64,000 nt of DNA from assembly GCA_963696195.1 (NCBI GenBank), contig OY968826.1:2829101-2893100 (forward strand), written 5' to 3'. Each line of letters begins with the position of its first letter. The stretch's first letter is position 1. This DNA comes from an uncultured Alphaproteobacteria bacterium (lineage in GTDB: Bacteria; Pseudomonadota; Alphaproteobacteria; Acetobacterales; Acetobacteraceae). The notes below the pieces were generated by a model. That model made no database searches. It had not been told where the DNA came from and was given only the letters and a program-made list of their open reading frames with translations. A program made the translations under genes and the position numbers. Below are positions 9,073-18,325 of the stretch, piece by piece.

Positions 9073-10437
9073 ATGAAGCGGAATAAATTTAACTGGGCAG
9101 GCGCCGCTGGCGCAGCGGCCGGATTGGTGGCGATGACGGCGATGCCTCATACGGCCCAGGCGATTCCTGCCTTCGCGGCTCAAACGGGTATGCCTTGTTC
9201 GGCTTGTCACATTGGTTTCCCTCAGCTTACCCCCTTTGGCCGCGCGTTTAAGCTTGATGGCTACGTCCAGGGCGGCACTTTCCCCGATGTGAAGAATTTC
9301 GCCGCCATGGTGGAAGGTGGCTTCACCCAGTTGCACGATAAGGTGCCGGGCGGCATGGCGCCTGACTTTCCCAGCAACAATGCTTGGTCGATCCAGCAGA
9401 CCAGTCTGTTCTATGGCGGTGCGCTTGATGGCAACATCGGCCTGGGCGGCTTTGTCCAAGGCACGTATGATGGTGTCGCGCACCAGTTCCACTGGGATAA
9501 CCTCGATATCCGTCTGGCGCAGATGACCACTGTCGCCAACAAGCGGCTGGTTTATGGTTTTACCTTCAACAATGCGCCGGGCCTGACGGATTTGTGGAAC
9601 ACACTGCCTGCCTGGGGTTATCCTTTTGTGCCGCCGGCGCTGGCGGTTGGGCCAACGGCCGGCATCCAGATCAGCGCGCTGGCGCAGGCCGTAGCGGGCG
9701 TGGGCGGGTATACCTCGCTTAACGTAACGCCGAGTGATTTGCTGTATACCGAAGTTGACCTCTACAAATCCGTGCCAAACCACACCGCCTATGCGCTTGG
9801 CGCTGGACCAGAAGTGCCGATCTCCGGGCCGATCCCCTATTGGCGCGTGGCGGTGCAGCACAGCACGTGGAAGCAATCCATTGAGCTTGGCACCTCCGGG
9901 ATGGTGGATCACCCCTATCCGGCCGGCTTCACCCACGGGCCGACGGATACCCTAACGGATCTCGGCGTGGACGCGCAGTACCAATACATTACGGTGAAGC
10001 AGGCCTTCTCCGTGCAGGCGTCTTATTTCCATGAGGCGCAGCATTGGGGTGCGAGCTATGCGCAGGGCATGACCGCGAATTTGAACGACTATCTGGATAT
10101 GGAGACGTTGACGGGCTCTTATTTGTGGCACCAGATGTTCGGCGTGACGGAATCCTTCAATGCCATCTCCGGCAATGGAGATTCGGGATTGTATGCGGCA
10201 AGCCCGGTTACCGGCAACGCCAACGGCAAGCCGAACACGGACAGCTACACCACCGAGTTGGATTACTATCCGTTCAATACCGACGGCCCGAAAATCTTCC
10301 CTTGGGCCAACGCGAAGTTCTTCGTGGAAAACACAATCTATCCCACATTCAATGGGTTAGCGCATAATTACGACGGCAACGGCCGCTCGGCGCAGGGGAA
10401 CGACGTGTGGTTTACGGGCATCTGGCTGGTCTTCTGA
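9073..10437 (+). CDS. Cyc2-like outer-membrane monoheme cytochrome c-porin fusion
   Basis: Signal peptide ending AQA, then IPAFAAQTGMP-CSACH-IGFPQLTPFGRAFKLDGY (Cyc2 N-terminal signature; CxxCH at 9196-9210), ~390-aa aromatic beta-strand-rich region, terminal Phe (GIWLVF). Confidence 0.85.
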   Translation: MKRNKFNWAGAAGAAAGLVAMTAMPHTAQAIPAFAAQTGMPCSACHIGFPQLTPFGRAFKLDGYVQGGTFPDVKNFAAMVEGGFTQLHDKVPGGMAPDFPSNNAWSIQQTSLFYGGALDGNIGLGGFVQGTYDGVAHQFHWDNLDIRLAQMTTVANKRLVYGFTFNNAPGLTDLWNTLPAWGYPFVPPALAVGPTAGIQISALAQAVAGVGGYTSLNVTPSDLLYTEVDLYKSVPNHTAYALGAGPEVPISGPIPYWRVAVQHSTWKQSIELGTSGMVDHPYPAGFTHGPTDTLTDLGVDAQYQYITVKQAFSVQASYFHEAQHWGASYAQGMTANLNDYLDMETLTGSYLWHQMFGVTESFNAISGNGDSGLYAASPVTGNANGKPNTDSYTTELDYYPFNTDGPKIFPWANAKFFVENTIYPTFNGLAHNYDGNGRSAQGNDVWFTGIWLVF

Positions 10438-10463
10438 ACGCCGGATATGCGTAAGATTACGGC

Positions 10464-10496
10464 AAAGGCGGCTGGGACATCCCAGCCGCCTTTTTG
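10464..10496 (+). terminator. Rho-independent terminator of the cyc2-like gene
   Basis: GGCGGCTGGG-ACAT-CCCAGCCGCC-TTTTT. Confidence 0.88.
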
Positions 10497-10708
10497 TAAT
10501 CAAATTATAATTGTCTTGAACTTGCAAGGCGGCCATGCAAAGCTTGACAATGGTTTTTGCAACGGCTCCAGTTGGACTGAGCTTCAAGGAAGAATTGCTT
10601 CTTCTTTGCGCACGCATAGGTTTCAGCCCGCCCCGCGCTTAAGGTTTTGGCTTGCCCGCGCCAATGGCGTGCGGGTGCGTTCATTAATCTATGGGGAAGA
10701 ATCAAATT

Positions 10709-12088
10709 ATGTTGGATAAAGCTGGTGCCGCCGTTAACTGGCAGAGCATCGATAATGCACATCATTTACACCCGTTCACGGACCATAAGGCGCTGCATGC
10801 CGGTCACGTGCGGGTTATCACCAGGGCAGACGGGGTGTTTCTGCATGACTCAGAGGGTAATCGCATTCTGGACGGCATGGCTGGGCTTTGGTGCGTGAAC
10901 GCAGGTTATAGCCGGCCCGAGCTGGTGGAAGCCGCGTCCACCCAGATGAACAAGCTGCCGTACTACAACACCTTCTTTAAAACCACGAACCCGCCGGCCG
11001 CCGCTTTGGCGGAGCGCCTGGCGAACATCGCGCCCGAGGGCGTCAACCACGTGTTTTTCGCCTGTTCCGGCTCGGAAGCCGTGGACACCGCCTTGCGCAC
11101 CGCGCGCGTGTACTGGCAAACCCTGGGCAAGCCGGAAAAGAAGATCATCATCGGCCGCGAATACGGCTACCACGGCTCCACCACGCTCGGCGCTTCCGCC
11201 GGCGGCATGGTGGACATGCACCGCCAGGCAGGCGACATGCCGAACTTCGTGCAGGTGCTACCGCCCTATTGGTACGGCTACGGCGGCCAGATGAGCCCGG
11301 CCGAATTTGGGCTTTATGCAGCCAAGCAGCTGGAAGACAAGATCAAGGAACTCGGGGCCGGCAACATCGCCGCCTTTATCGGCGAGCCGCTGCAAGGATC
11401 CGGCGGCGTTATCATTCCACCCGAAACCTACTGGCCCGAGATCAACCGCATCTGCAAGGAAAACAACATCCTGCTGATCGCCGATGAAGTGATCTGCGGT
11501 TTTGGCCGCACCGGCAAAATGTTCGGTTCTGATTATTTTGGTATTAAACCGGATATGATGACGGTCGCCAAGGGCCTCACGTCAGGCTACATTCCGCTCT
11601 CCGCGGTGCTGATCCACGACCGCGTGGCGGAGGTGCTGATTAACCAGACCGGCGAGTATTTTCACGGCTTCACCTATTCTGGGCATCCAGTTGCTTGCGC
11701 CGTGGCGCTAAAGAATCTCGATATCATCGAGAGCGAGGGACTGGTTGAGCGGGCCAATGTGGTGGGCCAAATGCTGCGTGAAAAACTGCAAGCGATGTTC
11801 GCTGACCATCCGCTCGTCGGCGAAGTGCGCGGCATCGGCATGATCGGCGGCATTGAGCTGGTTGCCGACAAGCGCACGCGCCGCTTCTTTGAGCCACGCG
11901 GCCGCGTCGGCCAGATCTGCCGCGACTTCTGTGTTGGCAACGGGCTGATCATGCGTGCCGTGCGCGACACCATGGTGTTCTCGCCACCGTTGATTATTTC
12001 GCACGATGAAATCGACACCATGGTCGCGCTGGCGAAGAAATCCATAGACCAGACCTATGAGAAAGTGAAGCACGAGGTGGCATCATGA
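10709..12088 (+). CDS. spuC: Class III omega-aminotransferase (putrescine-pyruvate transaminase, SpuC-like)
   Basis: HHLHPFTD, LDGMAGLWCVN, GYHGST, ADEVICGFGRTG, VAKGLTSGY; RBS favours ATG 10709 over 10691. Confidence 0.85.
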   Translation: MLDKAGAAVNWQSIDNAHHLHPFTDHKALHAGHVRVITRADGVFLHDSEGNRILDGMAGLWCVNAGYSRPELVEAASTQMNKLPYYNTFFKTTNPPAAALAERLANIAPEGVNHVFFACSGSEAVDTALRTARVYWQTLGKPEKKIIIGREYGYHGSTTLGASAGGMVDMHRQAGDMPNFVQVLPPYWYGYGGQMSPAEFGLYAAKQLEDKIKELGAGNIAAFIGEPLQGSGGVIIPPETYWPEINRICKENNILLIADEVICGFGRTGKMFGSDYFGIKPDMMTVAKGLTSGYIPLSAVLIHDRVAEVLINQTGEYFHGFTYSGHPVACAVALKNLDIIESEGLVERANVVGQMLREKLQAMFADHPLVGEVRGIGMIGGIELVADKRTRRFFEPRGRVGQICRDFCVGNGLIMRAVRDTMVFSPPLIISHDEIDTMVALAKKSIDQTYEKVKHEVAS

Positions 12089-13455
12089 ATATGCTGCCGC
12101 TCGCCGCCGACCGCGATGCCAGACTGGCGCTGATGGCGCAGGCTGAATATATCGAGGCCTTCATCATCGATGTGAATGGCGTGCCGCGCGGCAAATGGAT
12201 GCAGCCGGACAAGGCAAAATCCTTGCTCGGCGCCGGCGTCGCCATGCCGCGCTCGGCTTTTCTGCTGGACATCTGGGGCCGCGACGTGGTCGAGGGCGGA
12301 ATCGCGCTCGACACCGGCGACCCCGACGGGTTGTGTACCGCCGTGCCGCATTCCATCACCCGCATGAGCTGGGCTGAAGGCACGGCGTGCCAAGCCATGC
12401 TGACCATGCTTGAGGCTGACGGCAGCCATTTCTTCCTCGACCCGCGCGGTGTGCTGGCGCGCGTGCTGGAGCGCTACACCGCCGCCGGCCTTAGCCCGGC
12501 ACTTGGCGTGGAGTTGGAATTTTACCTGGTCGATGAAGGCCAGACCGGCGGCTTGAAAATTGCCCCGCGCGGCGCGGATTACTCCGGCTGGCGCGGCTGG
12601 CATATCGATGCGGTGGGTCTGGGCGAAATCCATGACTACCAGGTGATTCTGCGCGAAATGATGTCGATCGCAAAATCGCAGGGAATCACGCTGGAAACAC
12701 TGATCAGCGAGAACGGGCCGGGGCAGTTCGAGGTGACGCTGAAATACTCGACCGACGCATTGCGCGTCGCCGATTCCGCGACGCTGTTCAAGCGCACCAT
12801 TAAGCAAGTGGCGCGCAAGCATGGGCTCACCGCCACCTTCATGGCCAAGCCTTATGGGCAATGGGCGGGCAGCGGCATGCATGTGCATATGTCCGTGCTG
12901 GACACCAAGGGCAACAATATTTTTGTCGGCACGCCCGAACGCGCCGCACCCGTGCTGTACAACGCGCTGGGTGGAATCATCCAGGCCATGCCTGATACGA
13001 TGCTCACCCTGGCACCGCACGCCAACTCCTACCGCCGTTTTGCCCCTGGTGTGCATGCGCCCACCTTTGGTGACTGGGGGCATGACAACCGTTTGGCCGC
13101 GGTGCGCGTCATCACCGCCGACCCGCCGGCCTCGCGCATCGAACACCGCGTTGCCGGGGCGGACTGCAACCCATATCTTGCCTTCGCCTCGCTGCTCGGC
13201 TCGGCACTGCACGGCATTGAAACCAAAGCCGGCCCCGGCCCGGAAACATTTGGCGACAGACGCACTGGCCAAGCCCCGCCGCTGCCCATCGCCTGGTCCA
13301 CCGCGCTCGATAAATTTGCTGACTCCGCCTACATTAAAAGCATTTTTGGCGCTGATTTCCAGCGGCTTTTCACAGCCTGTAAACGTCAGGAAATCAACGA
13401 AATGCGGCGGCGAATCTCGGATGTGGAGTATGACGCTTATCTGGAGACAGCATGA
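12085..13455 (+). CDS. Glutamine synthetase-like gamma-glutamyl-polyamine ligase (PuuA/SpuB-like)
   Basis: DVNGVPRGKW, ELEFYL, ENGPGQFE, FMAKPY, GSGMHVH, NSYRRF, RIEHRVAGADCNPY. Confidence 0.85.
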   Translation: MNMLPLAADRDARLALMAQAEYIEAFIIDVNGVPRGKWMQPDKAKSLLGAGVAMPRSAFLLDIWGRDVVEGGIALDTGDPDGLCTAVPHSITRMSWAEGTACQAMLTMLEADGSHFFLDPRGVLARVLERYTAAGLSPALGVELEFYLVDEGQTGGLKIAPRGADYSGWRGWHIDAVGLGEIHDYQVILREMMSIAKSQGITLETLISENGPGQFEVTLKYSTDALRVADSATLFKRTIKQVARKHGLTATFMAKPYGQWAGSGMHVHMSVLDTKGNNIFVGTPERAAPVLYNALGGIIQAMPDTMLTLAPHANSYRRFAPGVHAPTFGDWGHDNRLAAVRVITADPPASRIEHRVAGADCNPYLAFASLLGSALHGIETKAGPGPETFGDRRTGQAPPLPIAWSTALDKFADSAYIKSIFGADFQRLFTACKRQEINEMRRRISDVEYDAYLETA

Positions 13456-14339
13456 GGAACGTTACCATCGCCGCAACGCAAATGGCATGCGGACCAGATG
13501 CCGCGGCAAACATCGCCAGGGTGGAAAAACTGGTCCGCGCGGCGGCGGCGCAGGGTGCGCAGATCATTCTGATACAAGAACTTTTTGAGAGCCTGTATTT
13601 CTGCCAGGACCAGGTTCACGCCTTCTTCGGCCTGGCCAAACCGCTGGCGGAAAACGCCGCGGTCAAGCACTTCGCTCCCATTGCGAAGGAACTCGGTGTT
13701 GTGCTGCCGATCTCGGTGTTCGAGCGCGCCGGGCAGAGCTTTTTCAACACCATCGTGATTCTTGATGCTGATGGCACCAACCTCGGCTACTACCGAAAAT
13801 CACACATCCCCGACGGCCCCGGTTATTCCGAGAAGTTTTACTTCTCCCCCGGCGATACCGGCTTCAAAGTGTGGGACACTAAATACGCGCGCATCGGTGT
13901 TGGCATCTGCTGGGACCAATGGTTTCCCGAAACCGCGCGCGCCATGGCCCTGATGGGCGCGGAACTGCTGTTCTTCCCCACCGCCATCGGCTCCGAACCG
14001 CAGGACCCCACGCTGGACTCCAGCGGTCATTGGCAGCGCACCATGCAAGGCCACGCCGCCGCCAACCTCATGCCGCTCGTTGCCTCCAACCGTATCGGCA
14101 CGGAACCAGGCGTGCACGGCACCTCCATCACCTTCTACGGCTCCTCCTTCATCGCCGATAATACGGGCGCCAAAATCGCCGAGGCCAACCGGACGGATGA
14201 GGCCATCCTCACCGCCACCTTCGACCTCGATGCACTGGCCCATATCCGCGCCTCTTGGGGCGTATTCCGAGACCGCCGCCCGGAACTCTACACCCCGCTG
14301 CTCACCCTGGACGGCAAACACGCTAGCAGGGCGCGATAA
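13452..14339 (+). CDS. aguB: N-carbamoylputrescine amidase
   Basis: Nitrilase E-K-C triad: QELF, YRKSHIPDGPGYSEKFYF, GICWDQWFPE. Confidence 0.93.
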   Translation: MRNVTIAATQMACGPDAAANIARVEKLVRAAAAQGAQIILIQELFESLYFCQDQVHAFFGLAKPLAENAAVKHFAPIAKELGVVLPISVFERAGQSFFNTIVILDADGTNLGYYRKSHIPDGPGYSEKFYFSPGDTGFKVWDTKYARIGVGICWDQWFPETARAMALMGAELLFFPTAIGSEPQDPTLDSSGHWQRTMQGHAAANLMPLVASNRIGTEPGVHGTSITFYGSSFIADNTGAKIAEANRTDEAILTATFDLDALAHIRASWGVFRDRRPELYTPLLTLDGKHASRAR

Positions 14340-15421
14340 TGGGGACGGTGCCCCGCCAACTTGGTTTTGCCATGCCCGCGGAGTGGGCGCCGCACGCGGG
14401 GTGCTGGATGATTTGGCCCGAGCGGCCGGACAACTGGCGGCTGGGGGCTAAGCCGGCGCAAGCTGCGTTCACGGCCGTGGCCTCGGCGATTGCGCGGTTC
14501 GAGCCGGTGACGATGCTGGTGAGTGCAAGGCAATTCACCAATGCGCGGGCGATGCTGCCGGAGGCCGTGCGCGTCGTGGAGGTCAGCACGAATGACGCCT
14601 GGGCGCGCGATGTGGGGCCGAGTTTTCTGCTGAACGCGGCAGGGGAACTGGCCGGTGTGGACTGGCCGTTCAATGCCTGGGGCGGTTTGCAGAACGGCTT
14701 GTATTTTCCGTGGGATTTGGACGACCAGGTGGCCGCGAAAATGCTGCAGATCGAACGCGCACGAAAATTCCGCGCGCCGAAAATTGTCGAGGGCGGGGCG
14801 ATTCATGTCGATGGCGAGGGCACCGTGCTTGTTACCGAGGCATGTCTGCTCGCTGAGGACCGCAACCCCGGCGCCACCCGCCAGGAGATGGAGCGGGTTT
14901 TGAAAGATTATCTCGGCGTCAGCCATGTCATCTGGCTGGGTGCCGGGGTGCCGGGTGATGAGACCGGCGGGCATATCGACAACCTCGCCTGCTTCGTGCG
15001 CCCCGGCGTGGTGCTGCTTACCTGGTGCGACGACCCTGCCGACCCGCATTACGAAGTCTCCCGAGCGGCGCAGGAGCGTTTGCAAGGTGCGCATGATGCT
15101 AAGGGGCGTGCGATCAGGGTCGAGCACATTCCCATGCCTACGCCGATGTTCATCTCCGCGGACGAGGCTGCCGGCATTGACCATGCGGAAAACGGCATGA
15201 ACCGCGCGGCGGGCGAGCGGCTCGCGGCGTCCTACGTGAATTTTTATATTGCGAACGGCGCGATAATTGCACCATGCTTTGGGGTAGCAACGGATGCCCC
15301 CGCGCGGGCCGTATTGGCGCGGCTGTTGCCGGAGCGGGAGATTGTGATGGTGCCGGCGCGCGAGATTCTACTGGGAGGCGGCAATATTCATTGCATCACC
15401 CAGCAACAACCAAAGGCTTAA
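14339..15421 (+). CDS. aguA: Agmatine deiminase
   Basis: MPAEWAPH, NDAWARD, EGGAIHVDGEG, ETGGHIDN, GGGNIHCITQQQP. Confidence 0.95.
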   Translation: MGTVPRQLGFAMPAEWAPHAGCWMIWPERPDNWRLGAKPAQAAFTAVASAIARFEPVTMLVSARQFTNARAMLPEAVRVVEVSTNDAWARDVGPSFLLNAAGELAGVDWPFNAWGGLQNGLYFPWDLDDQVAAKMLQIERARKFRAPKIVEGGAIHVDGEGTVLVTEACLLAEDRNPGATRQEMERVLKDYLGVSHVIWLGAGVPGDETGGHIDNLACFVRPGVVLLTWCDDPADPHYEVSRAAQERLQGAHDAKGRAIRVEHIPMPTPMFISADEAAGIDHAENGMNRAAGERLAASYVNFYIANGAIIAPCFGVATDAPARAVLARLLPEREIVMVPAREILLGGGNIHCITQQQPKA

Positions 15422-15443
15422 GGATAAACATAAGGGGGCTAGA

Positions 15444-16823
15444 ATGGCTACGGAGTTAAAGGCGAACGCGTTATCGTTCTTCGAATCGATCATTATGGGT
15501 ATAGCGGGTTCCGCGCCGGGATTCTCCATCGCGGTGGCGATTGCGGGACTGTTGGCAACAGCGGGGCATGTGTCGCCCAATGCGTTGCTGCTCTTTGCCG
15601 TGCCGATGCTGGGCATTGCGGTGGCCTATAAAGGGCTAAGCCAGAAAATGACGAACGCCGGGGCCGCTTACGAGTGGACCAAATCCGTATTCGGCGGATT
15701 TTTTGGCTATTTCTCGGGCTGGGCGCTGCTGATCGCCGCCATGGTGTTCATGGTCACCGGCAGCGTGCCGCTGGGCACCGCGACCATTGATCTGTTCGAC
15801 CCGTCCCTGGCCGCCAATGTTTGGCTGACCACCTTCATCGGCGCGGTCTGGTTCCTGGCCATCGGCGCCGTGCTGATCGCCGGTATTGAACTCACCAGTA
15901 AAATCCAGGTGGTGATGAGTTCGATCGAGCTGCTGATCCTGTTCGGTATTTCCATCGCGGCATTTCTGCATACCGGCGTGGGCGGCGCGGTGTCACCTTT
16001 TTCCTGGTCCTGGTTCAGCTTCAATTATCCCGCCGGCACGTTTGCCACTTCCGCGCTCGCGGTGGTGTTTCTGTACTGGGGTTGGGATGTCACCGCCAAC
16101 CTCGGCGAGGAAACCAAGGAGCACCCGCCCAATGCAGCCGGCCATGGCGGTTTCCTGAGCATCTTCGTCACCATCGCCTCGTTCGTGGCGTTCACGGCCG
16201 CGGCGCTCATGATGTTCACGCTGGCGGATGCGACCAGCTTCTCCGATAATCTGATCTACCACGTCGCGATTGCGGCGGGCCTGGGCAAGACGGGCGGTTA
16301 CGCTGCCTCGCTGGCGCTGATCCTTTCCAGCGTCGCGACGCTGGAAACCACCATGCTGCAATTCTCCCGCACCCTGTTCGCCATGGGACGGGACCGTGCG
16401 CTGCCGGTGTTTTTTGCCCTGGTGCACGAAAAGACGGTGACGCCGGTACGCACCATGTACCTGCTGCTGGCCGTCGGGCTGGTGATGATTTTTGTTTCCA
16501 GCTTCTTGCCGTCGATCGCGACAATCCTGGGTGATTCAGTCGCCGCGATTGCGGTGCAGGTTTGCTATTATTACGGTCTGGCTGGGCTGGTCTGCGCCTG
16601 GGTGTACCGCGATAGTTTCAAGCAATCCACGTGGACTTTCGTGCAGTACGTGATTTACCCGCTGCTGAGCGCGCTCTCCCTGTTCGCGCTCGGCATCTAC
16701 GCGTTCATGGGCTACAATATGACCGTGAAAATCGTCGGCCTTGGCGGGCTGCTGATCGGCATCATCTTCTACCGTCCCTCCGGCTACGGCAAGCTGGTCG
16801 CGGATATCGTCGCCGAAGAGTAA
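15444..16823 (+). CDS. APC family amino acid/polyamine permease
   Basis: About 12 hydrophobic segments, GSAPGFS, AGAAYEW, YWGWD, EETK. Confidence 0.88.
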   Translation: MATELKANALSFFESIIMGIAGSAPGFSIAVAIAGLLATAGHVSPNALLLFAVPMLGIAVAYKGLSQKMTNAGAAYEWTKSVFGGFFGYFSGWALLIAAMVFMVTGSVPLGTATIDLFDPSLAANVWLTTFIGAVWFLAIGAVLIAGIELTSKIQVVMSSIELLILFGISIAAFLHTGVGGAVSPFSWSWFSFNYPAGTFATSALAVVFLYWGWDVTANLGEETKEHPPNAAGHGGFLSIFVTIASFVAFTAAALMMFTLADATSFSDNLIYHVAIAAGLGKTGGYAASLALILSSVATLETTMLQFSRTLFAMGRDRALPVFFALVHEKTVTPVRTMYLLLAVGLVMIFVSSFLPSIATILGDSVAAIAVQVCYYYGLAGLVCAWVYRDSFKQSTWTFVQYVIYPLLSALSLFALGIYAFMGYNMTVKIVGLGGLLIGIIFYRPSGYGKLVADIVAEE

Positions 16824-16837
16824 GCGGCTTTAAACGG

Positions 16838-16862
16838 ACCGGGGCGTTGCCGCCCCGGTTTT
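16838..16862 (+). terminator. Terminator hairpin between convergent genes
   Basis: ACCGGGGCG-TTGC-CGCCCCGGT-TTT. Confidence 0.7.
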
Positions 16863-17277
16863 AGAAATCGGCGAGCGGGTCAGGACCAAAACGGTTCTGG
16901 CCCGTTGTGCCGCGGGTGCAGAACCACACGAGCAGAAGAATCGGCCCCACCAGCGGCACCAGCCCGATGAAGTACCACCAGCCGGATCTGCCGACGTCAT
17001 GCAGGCGGCGGACGATCACTGAAATTGACGGCAGCAGGATTGCCAGATTCAAGACGGCAAGGGCGATGCCGTAGAGCGCTTTCTCGTGCACGATGACGGC
17101 GAGAAAGCCGGAAACAAATCCAACCACCAGGCCGAGCAGTATGCAGAACAGGGCCCAGTACCAGTATTCCGAGCGCGGTGCCCGCCCGGCAAACCCCACG
17201 TAGTTTTGCAGGCAAATGTCGATGGCCTGGGCAAAGCTGCGGCCCCGGCCAGATGAGCGGTTAACGTAACCAGACAT
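16861..17277 (-). CDS. DUF805 family inner-membrane protein
   Basis: FAGRAPRSEYWYW, VRRLHDVGRSGWW, NRFGPDP; ATG at 17277. Confidence 0.88.
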   Translation of the reverse strand: MSGYVNRSSGRGRSFAQAIDICLQNYVGFAGRAPRSEYWYWALFCILLGLVVGFVSGFLAVIVHEKALYGIALAVLNLAILLPSISVIVRRLHDVGRSGWWYFIGLVPLVGPILLLVWFCTRGTTGQNRFGPDPLADF

Positions 17278-17333
17278 GCGCTTCTCCTGTTTTGCCGCGA
17301 TGGTAGGCCGGAACCGATTGTTCCGGCAAGGCA

Positions 17334-17957
17334 CTACAACGCTTTGCGGAACGTCAGGTTGATGCGGCGGGAGCCCGCCAGTTGATGCACCCCGTCGCGC
17401 AACGGCATCACGCCGTGGAAATTCAGCCGCGCCACGCCACCCCACACCACCACATCGCCGCTCACCAGTTCAATTCGTGCCGCCTTGTCGGCGCGCGCCG
17501 CACCACCCCACAAAAACACCGCCGGCAGGCCGAGCGAGACGGAGACGATGGGGGCGGTGAAATCCGCCTCGTCGCGGTCCTGGTGCAGGCTCATGCGCGC
17601 GCCGGGGCGGTACAGGTTCACCAGGCAGGCATCCGGCGCAAACCCAGCATACCCCGCAGCCTGGGCCGCGCGCGCCGCCAGTTCACGGAAAATCTCCGGC
17701 ATCGCGGGCCAGTTTTGCCCGGTCCGCGGGTCCACCGCGCTGTAGCGGTAACCAAGCCGGTCAGAAATCCAGCCCAGCGCGCCGCAATTGCTCATATGCA
17801 CGGACATCGGCTTGCCGCCTGGCGTGACCACTTGCCGGAATGGCGCAGCGGCGGCCACATCCTCCATCGCGGCCAGCAGCCCCGTCTCGTCGTCCCGCGC
17901 GAACCCCGGCAGCAGCGTCAGCCCCGGATAGCTTGGCGCAAACAGGCCGGAGGTCAT
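17334..17957 (-). CDS. alkB: Alpha-ketoglutarate-dependent dioxygenase AlkB
   Basis: PDACLVNLY, SLHQD-DE, FHGV, RINLTFRKA. Confidence 0.93.
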   Translation of the reverse strand: MTSGLFAPSYPGLTLLPGFARDDETGLLAAMEDVAAAAPFRQVVTPGGKPMSVHMSNCGALGWISDRLGYRYSAVDPRTGQNWPAMPEIFRELAARAAQAAGYAGFAPDACLVNLYRPGARMSLHQDRDEADFTAPIVSVSLGLPAVFLWGGAARADKAARIELVSGDVVVWGGVARLNFHGVMPLRDGVHQLAGSRRINLTFRKAL

Positions 17958-18301
17958 TTTTCGGGCAGCATCAGCTCCGGCACGCGCCCGCCCGCTTGGA
18001 TATGCCGGTCCAGCACTTCATCCACCGCCGCGAAGGAGTCCAGCCGGTACCATACGCCCTCTGGGTACAGCACGGCGCAGGGGCCAAGCTCGCAGCGGTC
18101 CAGGCAACCCGCCTGGTTCACCCGCACGCCGGGGATTTTCAGCTCTTTCACGCGCGCCTTCATATAGTCGCGGATTTTCTCGGAGCCTTTGGACGCGCAG
18201 CAGCCCCGCTCATGGCCTTCCGGCCGGCGGTTGCCGCACACAAACACATGGGTCTCAAAATACGGGGCGGGGTCGGTCGGCAGTCTTGTACCCAAAATCA
18301 A
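17954..18301 (-). CDS. Thioredoxin-like [2Fe-2S] ferredoxin
   Basis: HVFVC-N-R...GCC...RVNQAGCLDRCELGP...YPEGVWY. Confidence 0.88.
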   Translation of the reverse strand: MILGTRLPTDPAPYFETHVFVCGNRRPEGHERGCCASKGSEKIRDYMKARVKELKIPGVRVNQAGCLDRCELGPCAVLYPEGVWYRLDSFAAVDEVLDRHIQAGGRVPELMLPEK

Positions 18302-18325
18302 ACTCCTGGAACGCGCGGCAGAGGT

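Noticed and set aside
10522-10680. TGCA-N9-TGCA (NtrC-like spacing) upstream of the polyamine operon
   Set aside because: Inner bases do not match NtrC consensus and no GG-N10-GC sigma54 promoter was found; no riboswitch recognised.
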